From an uncultured delta proteobacterium (lineage in GTDB: Bacteria; Desulfobacterota; Desulfobacteria; Desulfobacterales; JAFDCJ01), in the NCBI GenBank assembly GCA_963769935.1, contig CAVYNY010000013.1, forward strand, positions 160,001 to 224,000: a stretch of 64,000 bases of DNA, given 5' to 3'. Both the position numbers and the translations under genes were made by a program. Shown here one piece after another: positions 41,448-51,672 of the stretch (its first letter is position 1; every line of letters begins with the position of its first letter). The notes under the pieces are model-generated. The model worked only from the letters and a program-made list of their open reading frames with translations. It had not been told where the DNA came from and made no database searches.

Positions 41448-41684
41448 TCAATGAATGAAATTTTTAGGTGTGGGGTATCCTATAATGCCTCTCAGTTTCC
41501 TGTACGGTAATCGATTTAATCTAAATGTTATTTTCTTGAAGATAGAAAATGATGTGCTGCCGCATAGATCGCATAAGTAGCGTCTCGATCCGGGGATAAT
41601 ACGCATCCAGAATTTGCGCGCAATACGAAACCGAAAAGATCGCAAGCAGGCGGGACATTGGTTTCCAATGGCAAGTCTCTTCAT
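41448..41684 (-). CDS. Small basic Zn-ribbon-like hypothetical protein
   Basis: CPAC and CDLC pairs; GGAGG RBS. Confidence 0.55.
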   Translation of the reverse strand: MKRLAIGNQCPACLRSFRFRIARKFWMRIIPGSRRYLCDLCGSTSFSIFKKITFRLNRLPYRKLRGIIGYPTPKNFIH

Positions 41685-42897
41685 ATCGATCCTCCATCAT
41701 CTGAAATCCTCAGAATTTAAAGAATCTAATTAGCCTTATAACATAATGACAATATTGGTAAAGCGAGCATTTATTTCTGAAGAGATAATAATCAAAATCT
41801 AATGGGTCAGTGCCCTGAGAGCGATAAGGCAGCTGATTAAAGCAATCCGGATGGAATTTCGGCGATGATTTTGAACTCGCTTTAAAAAAATGAAGTGCCT
41901 CAACCAATATTTCAGACACATTGAATTGTTAAGAAAAACTTATTTGATGTGCTCTGAGTTTAGCTTGATTGCAGATAGCTTTTGCCAATAGTTTTAATTC
42001 GACGGTTATTGAAATCTGTAAAGATATAATTCGAATACCAAAACAATTTGGTACTGTCAAATAATGAATAATATTCAGACCAATCTATAATAATCCTATT
42101 CGCAATGACATCTCTATTTGAGTGATAATTGGATTTCCAGCGTCATTAACCCGCTATTGTGCCCTTTTCCTTAATATGGACAATCAAACAGGATTTTAAT
42201 CCATTTTTGGTCCTTTCAGACTCTTTTGACAGGCCGATCGAAAATTAGCCAGTGCAACAGCATGATTTTTGCATAATTGCCCTATTTTGGCCCTTTGGTG
42301 GATAATCAGCCAAGAAAGATAATGGAAAGCTTGAGGGGGGACTTCAAAAAATGAAAAAAAATGTCACAGTCGAAAACCCTGAGACATTTCGTATTTATCT
42401 GGATTATTTGATAATATTTAATTTCGTAAATTCTCTATTTTGTCTATTAATTCCAACGCTCCTTGAAGCATTGGGGCACCTCCTATAGCTATAATTTCCT
42501 AATCAAGCTTGCAAATATATAAAGAAGAGAACTCGCCTCGTTTCTCGCTGTGCCCTGCATCATGTTATTGTTAGCGGTATCGAGCGTCATCGCTGGGGAT
42601 AGATTCGAATCAGGCCTGCCGGTCCGGCAAATTTCCGCCAACGGGTAAAGCCCGCGGGTTATTGAGTTATTGCGCAGTTAAAAACCTGGGTTTCAGTGAT
42701 AGCGAATTATCAAGAAAGCTGGGACACAGATCTTCACAGATTTTCACAGATAAATTATTTAAGGTCCGCCTGGCGGCGGGAAGGTGCAGTGCCGCACCGT
42801 CTGCCGGAAGAAATTAGCCTGTTTTTTCCTCGCCGAAGGCGATGGGCTTTATTGGTTCTTGAATCTGTGTGCATCTGTGAAAATCTGTGTCCAAAAA

Positions 42898-43728
42898 TTA
42901 CTTTATGCCTGCATACATGAACGACTGGACGAACTGGCGCTGGAAAAGAAGAAAGGCCACAAGAAGCGGCGCCACTGATAACAAAGTGGCCGCGGAAATG
43001 ATGGACCAGTTTACTCCGGATTCCGGGGCCCCAAATATTCCCAGCCCGACAGTCAAGGGCCTTGTCTCCACCGAATTGGTTACGATGAGGGGCCAGAGAA
43101 AATTGTTCCAATGATGGCTGATGGACACTAAACCGTAAGCCAGGTAAGTGGGGCGCGCCAGAGGTACATATACTCGCCATAAAACACCCAGCGTACCGCA
43201 TCCTTCCAGGCGAGCGGCTTCTTCCAGTTCTTTGGGTGTCGATTTGAAGGCCTGCCTCAGAAGAAAGATTCCGAAAGCACTGGCCATGTATGGCAACCCG
43301 ATCCCGAGAATTGTGTCCACCAGACCCAATCGGGCCAGGGTAACGTAGTTTTCTACGATCAGAATTTCCGGTGTGATCATTAACTGGACCAGCACCAGCG
43401 CAAAGGCAATTTTGGCGCCGCGGAACTGATAGCGCGCGAAGGCATAGGCTGCCAGGGTGCACAGAACAAGCTGGGCAGCCAAAATTGTACTGACCAGGAT
43501 GAATGTATTCAACGCATAGCGTGGAAAAGGTGCCTGGGAAAGTGCTTCCCGAAAATTGCTCAGTGTCAACGGAGCCAGAAGCTTGAAATTGACGGCATAT
43601 TCGCCGGGGTGAAAGGCGGCCCAGAAAGCATATGCCAGGGGAGAAATCCAAAGCAAAGCCAGCAGCCAGGCCGCGCCCGTTTCCAACGATGTATGAAACG
43701 CCTGAGAAAAGGACCGTAAATCTTTCAT
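42898..43728 (-). CDS. CUT1 ABC permease (UgpE-like)
   Basis: ELEEAARLEG and WNNFLWPL. Confidence 0.92.
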   Translation of the reverse strand: MKDLRSFSQAFHTSLETGAAWLLALLWISPLAYAFWAAFHPGEYAVNFKLLAPLTLSNFREALSQAPFPRYALNTFILVSTILAAQLVLCTLAAYAFARYQFRGAKIAFALVLVQLMITPEILIVENYVTLARLGLVDTILGIGLPYMASAFGIFLLRQAFKSTPKELEEAARLEGCGTLGVLWRVYVPLARPTYLAYGLVSISHHWNNFLWPLIVTNSVETRPLTVGLGIFGAPESGVNWSIISAATLLSVAPLLVAFLLFQRQFVQSFMYAGIK

Positions 43729-44603
43729 CGGTAGTGTACCCGCTTGTCCAGAACGAAAAACTGCAGCAGGGCCATAATCGCCAGCAAAATTAGCAAAACG
43801 ACGGTGAGCGCAGCAGCAAAATGTGTTTCGAAGTAAGAAAAGGCGGTTTCGAAAATATAGTAAAGCAAGAGATTGCTGGCGTTGTCAGGACCACCTTTGG
43901 TCAGCACAAATAGATGATCTACCAACTTGAAGGAGTTCAGAACCGCATTGATCAGTACGAACAAGGTGGTCGGCATGAGCAACGGAAACATCACACGACG
44001 GAAGTAATACCAGCGGGTGGCCCCTTCCAGCTGCGAAGCCTCTTTAAGCTCAGGCGGGATGTTTTGCATGGCCGCCAGATAAAAAATCATGAAGAAACCG
44101 GCCTCTTTCCATATTGTCATAACCATGATGGCAGGAAGCACCGTAGCTGGGTCCCCCAGCCAATTGTGACCGGAAAAGCCAAACCATGAAGCAATCTGAT
44201 CGATCAGGCCGATGTCAGGCGTGTAAAAGAACAGCCAGATATTGGCCACGGCGATCATGGGCAGAATCGTCGGCGTAAAATAGGCCATACGTACAAGCGA
44301 TCGTCCCGGAAGGGAACGATTCACAAACAACGCCATTATAATGGCCAAAGCGATGGATGTAGGAATGGTGCCCAAGGCGAACCAGGCATTGTTGGCCAGG
44401 ACCTTCCAGAAAATAGGGTCGGCCAACATGCGCTCATAGTTGGCGGCTCCCACGAAACGAGATGGGCGGATGGCCGTTGCCTTGGAAAACATGCTGTCGA
44501 TCACATTCGCCACTGTTGGATAGTGGGTGAAAGTGATCAGCAAAATCGCAGCGGGCATTAGCAGCAACCAGCCCTGGACATGTCTCGAAGCTCGGGTTCG
44601 CAT
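43725..44603 (-). CDS. CUT1 ABC permease (UgpA-like)
   Basis: IPPELKEASQLEGA and TKGGP. Confidence 0.92.
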   Translation of the reverse strand: MRTRASRHVQGWLLLMPAAILLITFTHYPTVANVIDSMFSKATAIRPSRFVGAANYERMLADPIFWKVLANNAWFALGTIPTSIALAIIMALFVNRSLPGRSLVRMAYFTPTILPMIAVANIWLFFYTPDIGLIDQIASWFGFSGHNWLGDPATVLPAIMVMTIWKEAGFFMIFYLAAMQNIPPELKEASQLEGATRWYYFRRVMFPLLMPTTLFVLINAVLNSFKLVDHLFVLTKGGPDNASNLLLYYIFETAFSYFETHFAAALTVVLLILLAIMALLQFFVLDKRVHYR

Positions 44604-44682
44604 ATGCTTTCCGGATCGTAAGGAACAATAACGAGCAGCGACCCCAATATCGGTCGTCTGCTCGTATCTTGCTCACGGAGAA

Positions 44683-45960
44683 TTAACGGTATTGCTTCAA
44701 CAAAAGATCAGCCTGTTTCTGGGCTTCCTTCAGGGCTGCTTCGGGCGTCTTTGAACCGGTCAGCGCTGCCTGGATGGCATCATCCAGTAATTTGCGCACC
44801 CGGCCGGTCTGATAAGTGGAAAGCTCGGCGGTCGCATATTTAAGCTGGTCACGTGCGACAGCCGCATACGGAAAGTCCTTGACATAGTCTTTAAGCTGCT
44901 GCGTTTCATACGCTGCCGGGCTTACCCCCATGTAGCCGGTCTTAATGGACCACTCCGCGGAACTTTGTGGACTGGTCATGAATTTGATCAGGCGCATCGC
45001 CGCCTTGCGTTCTTCCGGTGTGGTCTTCTTAAAAATATAGAAATTGCCGCCACCGGTTGGTGTCCCCCGGCGCTTGCTGGCAGGCAGCATCGCCACACCA
45101 AAGTCAAATTTGGCATTGTCTTTCACCGCCGTCAGGTTACCGGTGGAGTGCCACATGATCGCGGTTTTGCCTTCGAGGAAATTCTGCCTCAGGGTCCCCC
45201 ACTCAATGGTCCCTTTGGGCATGATCCGGTACTCCTCTCCGAGGCTTTTCCAGAATTGCAGCGCTCCGATCACGGCCGGATTATCGAAATAGGTGGTATT
45301 GCCATCCCCATTCATCAACACCTGGCCGTTTTGCATGGCCAGTGCACCAAACATCCAGTAAGGATATCCGGTGGAAGGAATCATGACCCCCCACTGGGAA
45401 CCGTCGGGCTTGGTCAGCTTTTTACCCGCAGCCACCATTTCGTCCCAGGTTGCCGGCGGTTTTTCAGGATCCAGGCCGGCCGCACGAAAAGCATCCTTGT
45501 TGTAGTACATGACGATAGTGGAGCGCTGGAAGGGAATACCCCAGGTCTTGCCCGCGGTGCGGCCGTTTTCCATCAGGGCGGGATAGAACGAATTCAGCCA
45601 GGCTTTCTCTTCAGCTGTATTCACCACATCATCAAAGGCAACTATGGCATCCTGCTCGATCAGTTCGTAGATGTCGATAGAGAACATCACCGACAACTGC
45701 GCCGGCTGCCCGCTTTTCAGGGCGGTCAGCGCCTTTATGCGGGCATCATTGTAGTTGCCGGCATAGATGGCTTTGACGGTGATATCCGGGTTCTCTTTCA
45801 TAAAATCGTCAACGATACCGTCGACGATCTTCGTCAACGGTCCACCAACGGCCACCGGATAGTACATGGTCAGTTCCGTGGCTGAAACAGCCGTGACGGC
45901 GGATACTAAAAAAACCGTCGCCATGATCCCAATGCCGATCAATTTTAATCTTTTTAACAT
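44683..45960 (-). CDS. CUT1 ABC substrate-binding protein (UgpB-like)
   Basis: Start MLKRL with AGGAGG RBS, signal peptide, PFQRST..YYNKDAF..GLDP..PPATW. Confidence 0.9.
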   Translation of the reverse strand: MLKRLKLIGIGIMATVFLVSAVTAVSATELTMYYPVAVGGPLTKIVDGIVDDFMKENPDITVKAIYAGNYNDARIKALTALKSGQPAQLSVMFSIDIYELIEQDAIVAFDDVVNTAEEKAWLNSFYPALMENGRTAGKTWGIPFQRSTIVMYYNKDAFRAAGLDPEKPPATWDEMVAAGKKLTKPDGSQWGVMIPSTGYPYWMFGALAMQNGQVLMNGDGNTTYFDNPAVIGALQFWKSLGEEYRIMPKGTIEWGTLRQNFLEGKTAIMWHSTGNLTAVKDNAKFDFGVAMLPASKRRGTPTGGGNFYIFKKTTPEERKAAMRLIKFMTSPQSSAEWSIKTGYMGVSPAAYETQQLKDYVKDFPYAAVARDQLKYATAELSTYQTGRVRKLLDDAIQAALTGSKTPEAALKEAQKQADLLLKQYR

Positions 45961-46052
45961 GGTCTTCCTCCTTTTTTGGGGTTGGGTGCTCTGGCCGTAC
46001 GCCTGAGGCACGGTCTGGAATTGCACATCATCGGAAAATGAATTCAATCCGT

Positions 46053-47114
46053 TCAGGCTGACACCTTCAACGGGTCGTCGATACAAATCCCGTCGGAGCC
46101 AAAACGGTGAACTGCCTTTTCGGGCCAGCTGATATGAATCTGTTCACCGGGCTCATAGCCCTGGCGGCCATCAATCTTGGCAAACAGTGTCTGGCCGCCA
46201 TGGATCATGCGCACCACCGTTTCGGCCCCTAAATAGTCGACGGCAGAAATACGCACCGGCAAGCCGTTGGGTCCCACACGCACATCTTCGGGACGCACTC
46301 CGATAAACCCGTCTGACAGGCAATCTGCTGTTAGGGCACCGCCACAGGCCGTGGCCAATGCAGAACGTTCTTCGATTAAATCGATGTTTAACAGGTTCAT
46401 GGGTGGTGAACCCAAAAACTGGGCAGCGAAGGTCGTCCGGGGGCGTTCATAAAGTTCATGGGGCCGCCCTGTCTGCTCGACACGACCTTGCTTCAGCAGC
46501 ACGACCTGGTCCGCCATGGTCATGGCCTCCACCTGATCGTGAGTGACGTATACCATGGTTAGCCCCAGCTTCTGTTGAAGGGTGCGAATCTCGTCGCGCA
46601 TTTCCGCTCTGAGCTTGGCGTCCAGGTTGGATAGTGGTTCATCCATGAGACAAACCCGCCGCCGCGACACAATGGAGCGTGCCAGCGCTACCCGCTGCCG
46701 TTGTCCGCCGGAAAGCTGAGACGGTTTGCGATTTAACAGATCATTCAAGCCCACCATGCCTACGGCTTCTTTGAGTCGGGAGCGTTGATCATCAGATGAA
46801 ATTCTCCGAACCTTTAATCCAAATAAAATATTTTCGCGCACATTGAGATGGGGAAACAAGGCGTATGACTGAAATACCATTGAAACACCGCGCTTTGACG
46901 GGTCCATGTGGGTCATTTCTTTTCCGCCAATGAAAATGGTTCCGGATGTATGCTTTTCCAAACCGGCGATAAGACGCAAGATAGTGGACTTGCCACAACC
47001 GGAGGGGCCCAGCAATACTGTCAGGCTTCCTTCAGGGACCGTAAAAGAAACGTTGTCAACAGCAACGACGGCATCCCATTGTTTGACCAGTTTATGAATA
47101 TCGATACTGCTCAT
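46053..47114 (-). CDS. CUT1 ABC ATPase (UgpC/MalK-like)
   Basis: GPSGCGKS, LSGGQRQR, DEPLSNLDAKLR. Confidence 0.94.
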   Translation of the reverse strand: MSSIDIHKLVKQWDAVVAVDNVSFTVPEGSLTVLLGPSGCGKSTILRLIAGLEKHTSGTIFIGGKEMTHMDPSKRGVSMVFQSYALFPHLNVRENILFGLKVRRISSDDQRSRLKEAVGMVGLNDLLNRKPSQLSGGQRQRVALARSIVSRRRVCLMDEPLSNLDAKLRAEMRDEIRTLQQKLGLTMVYVTHDQVEAMTMADQVVLLKQGRVEQTGRPHELYERPRTTFAAQFLGSPPMNLLNIDLIEERSALATACGGALTADCLSDGFIGVRPEDVRVGPNGLPVRISAVDYLGAETVVRMIHGGQTLFAKIDGRQGYEPGEQIHISWPEKAVHRFGSDGICIDDPLKVSA

Positions 47115-47518
47115 GGAGATTAATCTCCGCTACCCATGACATCCCGGTTTTCGTTGCACAGACAACCGCCGGCCGCGGTTACCTCGAAAGTGGGGTTGGT
47201 GCAGGCCGGTAGGGCGATGTTGAGATTGTTTGTAAAAACCCTTAAATGTTGATGCTCTAATAACGCTTTGGAAACAATTTTCGGGATAGATCTTCCACAC
47301 GGCTGAAATCCGCTTGACGGACCATCTCGGCAATGTGCGCCGGGCGCTCGGAAAGAAGCATCGATTGAAATGGTTTCGATTTAATATAGGTCGGTTTTCA
47401 TCTGAGCATTTGCTGCAATGTATGCTATTAAAACAGTAAAAATCAAACTAATTTTTGTCTGTTTGGTTTTCATTAGATTGTCATTAGCGTTCAATTAACA
47501 TGCAAATGAAAAAATTTA

Positions 47519-47763
47519 GGCGACGTTACAACCGACGGGGCTATTGCTGGGGGGGGCGCTGGGGAGACCGGTTCAAAAGCGTCATCGTAGAAAACCGCAC
47601 GCGCTATTTTACGGATTCGGGCATCAGCGGGTCAAAGGAGTTTGTGTCGACAAATTACCAGCGGTTTAGGAATCTGTTCTATTCAAAATACGAAAAGAAG
47701 CCAAAACCGATCTAGGGTCCGGATGGGATGTATTCATTAAAGCGACTGTCGGAGGTAATATGA
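47519..47763 (+). mobile_element. Relic of an IS200/RAYT-like (Y1) transposase with an internal deletion
   Basis: RRYNRRG..WGDRFKSVIVE joined to RTRYFTDSG..GSKEFV; in-frame stop. Confidence 0.65.
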
Positions 47764-47838
47764 AAACCCGATCTAATTTTATCGTTTCAGTATTTCCCGC
47801 CACTGTAGTTACCCGGTTATCGATTTATGACTTTAACT

Positions 47839-48183
47839 CTATAGAAATTCAATATGATTGATCATGTCTTCTGAACGGAGAACAATCGCCAATGTTTTTA
47901 AATTTCGGATACAATCCCCAATCCTATACGCGGTTTGATGACATTAAATCACCCCGCAGTGTGTCCTACCCTCATCAACCCATTGGGCGGCAATTCGCAG
48001 AAAATCGGTATCATGGGTAAAGATGGTGGCTTTCTCCTCCATGGCAAAAATTAATTGCTCCTCATCAGTCAAACCAAGTTTATCACTATCTCTCGCGGAA
48101 AAAGCGTCAACGCCTCTCCGTTGAAGTCCTTGGGCGATGGCGACATCCACGCTTTCATCGGTGTAGATTCTGATTTCACCCAT
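47839..48183 (-). pseudogene. DUF5615 PIN-like toxin with an internal ochre stop
   Basis: IYTDESV..DEEQL..THDTDF..HCGVI*CHQ..NHIEFL; TAA at 47944-47946, frame continues. Confidence 0.8.
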
Positions 48184-48187
48184 AGAC

Positions 48188-48499
48188 TCAAACCATTTTC
48201 GAGGGAAATTTGCTCTTTAACCGCGTAATGAACTCTGGATCCTGCTTAATGCTTTGATCCAGTTCATCTCTGTGTTCATAATAAAAGGAGAGCGCGTCAT
48301 GGATCTGATAGAGATTCATGTGGGGATGGGATCTGATAATTTCATCCGGAGAACGACCCAATACTTCATATTCAGCGGCAATATCGATTACGCGAGTTCG
48401 GGTTCCTTCAATAATCGGGCTTCCGTTACACACATCCTTATTTTTTATAATATAAGGATGGCTTGTCCTTTCTTCTTTTTTCAAAGCTTGTTCGGACAT
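48188..48499 (-). CDS. DUF433 antitoxin-like protein
   Basis: VCNGSPIIEGTRTRV..EI..HP..QIHDALSFY. Confidence 0.9.
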   Translation of the reverse strand: MSEQALKKEERTSHPYIIKNKDVCNGSPIIEGTRTRVIDIAAEYEVLGRSPDEIIRSHPHMNLYQIHDALSFYYEHRDELDQSIKQDPEFITRLKSKFPSKMV

Positions 48500-48589
48500 G
48501 GACTTTTCCTTTTAATAACTAATTAAAATCATTTGTCTTTGTATTTATCACATTCAAAAAAAGAATGCAAATTCAAATAAAAAAGGAAA

Positions 48590-49325
48590 CAGAGAGAACA
48601 ACCTTGCTGCCCTTGATCAGCTGATCAATGAAATTACTGTCGATGCATACGGCGATGACGAGGAGCTCTGGGCATTTCGGCAGGATTTCGAGGACGAGGT
48701 TATCCTGCCGTAACCCCAAAGCATGCACGCCGCAAGCGTCAACACAAGGTCACAGATGACGACCTCAACCTGAGTAAGCCAGTCGAACTCGTCGTCGTTT
48801 CGGTCAAAGAGCGCTCTGCGCGCTGCCGTCTACTGGGGAGCGAGCGAGTCATCACCCTTCGGGCAGGCGGACTCTGGGATGTGGTGCCCGGGGAAATCGT
48901 CACGATCAAGCCCCGCAGGCAGTGGCGCTATGCCGGCCACCCGTACCGCTCCGGAGAGTTTGAATCCACGAGGCTCGATGTGCCCGCACTGGGCCTTGTG
49001 CCGTTACGACTCGAAGAAATTGGGATGTGGGACCCCAAAGAGCACTATTGGGGCGAAGAGGATGAGCCGATGGACAAATGGGCTAAGGGCTCACTCAAAA
49101 ATAACTTCACATTTTATACGCCGATGCATCTCTTACGGCTGCGTTGCGAAAGCTCGGAATATCCAGATATTCCTGCGTTTTCGCGCCTTGCCGGAAGAGC
49201 GCCTCAACACCTAAAACTGTGAATTAATTTTTTCGTGAACCCTAAGCCGATTATCGCCCGTGGTCCGCGTCCGGAATTTAAGATGGAGCAGGTGTTGCCA
49301 GAAGCCGACCCCACAGACCCGTTCT
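48590..49325 (+). pseudogene. Fragmented hypothetical gene interrupted by a MITE
   Basis: Coding-like pieces EITVDAYGDDEE, VPGEIV..WDPKEHYWGEE and PIIARGPRPEF separated by stops and an insertion. Confidence 0.6.
49087..49242. mobile_element. 156-bp MITE with ~30-bp imperfect TIRs and a TAA target duplication
   Basis: taa|gggctcactcaaaaataacttcaca...tgtgaattaattttttcgtgaaccc|taa; removing it restores K-W-A-K-P-I. Confidence 0.85.
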
Positions 49326-49479
49326 CTTTACTCAGATCATGCCGCTTGGTGCAAAGCCCTGCATTAACTGAATCAAAATTCCTACGCGGCTTTACTTTCG
49401 CGGTGGCGCAAAATACATAACCGCCGCCGAAACCTGTGGCGAGATGTGAGAGCAATCGGTTTATCGGTGTGAGCTGCCA

Positions 49480-49640
49480 TCAATCGATTTTCTTGAAGCT
49501 GAAATGTTTCGACGCTCAATCCAGTGGCACCTCGGTCACCGCTTTTGATCAATTCACTGAAAATTTCCCGGAAAAGCAGCTTCGATTATGTCAAGCTTGG
49601 TCAGAAATATGATGGGGGAGCTGTTGAAAACGACTTTCAT
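49480..49640 (-). pseudogene. DUF3368-like PIN toxin remnant
   Basis: MKVVFNSSPIIFLTKLD overlaps the upstream stop, then the frame degenerates. Confidence 0.6.
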
Positions 49641-49876
49641 CGCCACTTCACTTCCGTTTCGACATCGCTTCCCTCAAGATAGGAAAATTCCACCCTCATG
49701 GCATCCAGTAATTCAAGAAAGGCTTCCTTTCCCATTCCCATGATTTCGGCGGCTTTCCTGAGACTTACCTGCCGTAGCACCAGAGCACCCGCTACGCCCG
49801 GCAGTTTCTCCAGTTCATCTACCGTCTTGAAAAACGGTAGCTCGCTCGCTATTTCCTTCAACGGGGATGATTCCAT
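49637..49876 (-). CDS. UPF0175-like antitoxin
   Basis: VSLRKAAEIMGMGKEAFLELL HTH pattern. Confidence 0.75.
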   Translation of the reverse strand: MESSPLKEIASELPFFKTVDELEKLPGVAGALVLRQVSLRKAAEIMGMGKEAFLELLDAMRVEFSYLEGSDVETEVKWR

Positions 49877-50296
49877 TTCTTTTCTTTTCCTTTTGTTTTC
49901 TTAACCCACATTTAACCTTGAGAAATATTCAATATATGGATTTTCCTCCCCGCATGAGATATCAATTTTAGTATGGAGTCCCCAGACTATCTGTGATAGT
50001 TTTCCAAAAACCAATTTTTTTACAGGGCCTACCCTGGGCATGGCCCAGGGGTGGAGCAACACGACATCATCAAGGCCGATGCTGGGCACAAAACCTCTTG
50101 CGGTGATGGAAGAGAAGGTCTTGAAATTGATTTGATAGTTGAATTAAGCGCGACCGGTTATCACAAGGGATGCATGAGACTAAATCCCGTCCCCCTCCCT
50201 TTGCAAAAGGGGCATTGAAATGAGTTTCAGTCTCAGACAGGTGCCCACTGTTTCATGTCGCCGCCACATGGATTACGAAATTTATAGGACTGACCT

Positions 50297-50995
50297 ATGC
50301 TGGGAACCTTCGTCAATACGCTTGCCATCGTCGTGGGGAGTCTCATCGGCCTTTCAGCCAGCCGGTTCATCCCCACGAAAATCACGAATACCCTGATCCA
50401 TGGCGCAGCCTTGGCCGTCATGCTGATTGGCCTCAAAATGGCCTGGAAGGATAATAATTTCATTATTCTCCTTTGCAGTCTGGTCTTCGGAGGTGTCATA
50501 GGAGAACTCATCAGAATCGAGAATCGCATCAACGGTTTAGGCAAATGGCTGGAAGAGAGGTTTTCAAGGTCCGGGGGGAGCATATCGAAGGGTTTTGTTA
50601 CCACCACCCTGCTTTACTGTGTGGGCTCCATGGCCGTCGTGGGCTCATTGGAAAGCGGTCTGACCGGAAACCATGATACCCTGTTCGCCAAGTCAGTGTT
50701 GGATGGGCTGGGATCCATCATCTTTTCGGCATCGCTGGGCATCGGGGTCCTCTTTTCCGCAGCGTCGGTGTTTCTCTACCAGGGATGCATCACCATAGGT
50801 GCGTCTTTCTTGAAGCAGTTCCTGACCGATCCGGTAATATCCCAGATGTCTGCTGTTGGCGGCTTGCTCCTCGTGGCAATGGCTTTCAATATGCTTGGCA
50901 TAGTTAAAATAAAGGTGGCCAATCTGCTTCCCGCCATATTTCTTCCGCTGATCTATTTTATGATAGTACACCTGTTCCGATGGGTGGCCACGTAG
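50297..50995 (+). CDS. DUF554 membrane protein
   Basis: GTFVN, LYCVGSMAVVGS, KSVLDG, VANLLPA. Confidence 0.92.
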   Translation: MLGTFVNTLAIVVGSLIGLSASRFIPTKITNTLIHGAALAVMLIGLKMAWKDNNFIILLCSLVFGGVIGELIRIENRINGLGKWLEERFSRSGGSISKGFVTTTLLYCVGSMAVVGSLESGLTGNHDTLFAKSVLDGLGSIIFSASLGIGVLFSAASVFLYQGCITIGASFLKQFLTDPVISQMSAVGGLLLVAMAFNMLGIVKIKVANLLPAIFLPLIYFMIVHLFRWVAT

Positions 50996-51059
50996 GGGAC
51001 TAAGGGGACTTTATGCACAAACCGGTAACAAGAATTGCATCTGTTTCCCTTAATTGGCG

Positions 51060-51282
51060 CGAACCCAAAACAAAGATAATTTTCTTTCAACCGATTTCGG
51101 ATTAAAAGAATTTAATGTCAAAAGCAAAAAGGAGCGGGTAAGACGTTATCGCCGGTATGTGTATGAAGCAGGCGTGCTAAACCAACCCGAGAAAGGCAGT
51201 GTCAAAGTCATCGAGGATAAGGCTCTTGAAAAAGAGCGCAGCAGAGAGTTTGAACTCAGCAAAACGGATCGCTTCAGATATC
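51060..51282 (+). mobile_element. Middle fragment of an IS200/RAYT-like transposase
   Basis: LSTDFGLKEF..ERVRRYRRYVYEAG..DRFRY; family assignment recalled, not searched. Confidence 0.55.
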
Positions 51283-51672
51283 CACTTAAGTTATTGAAAT
51301 AATTTATGATGAGTTCTCATCGCCCGGCGTGGATGATTATATCATCGAAGCCAATTATCCGATGGAAATCTACATTTAAAAAATCCACCTCCGGATAAAG
51401 CGGTAAATTATACTTGATTGGGCCAAAAATTTCGACCCCTACTCTAAAACTCTGCATTGACAACAAAGCTCGCTTCCGTTATTAGCTCGGGTATTGATTC
51501 CGATTAATAGACGCCTCAATATGTTGCACTGCAGCTGATGCCGGGACACAATTCACATTTTCCGATTCTTCCACTTCGGGAAAGCAACTTCTTATCTTCC
51601 CACATAGAAAGGTTGCACGAGTTTCTTCATGGCGAAGCGGAATCGATCATTGACAGAGGAGCGTAGACCTTT

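Noticed and set aside
38750..42700. Complete DGR cassette
   Set aside because: No AAC-rich template repeat and no reverse transcriptase seen in the window
47944..47946. Recoded stop in the PIN toxin
   Set aside because: The codon is TAA, not TGA or TAG; a nonsense mutation or sequencing error is simpler
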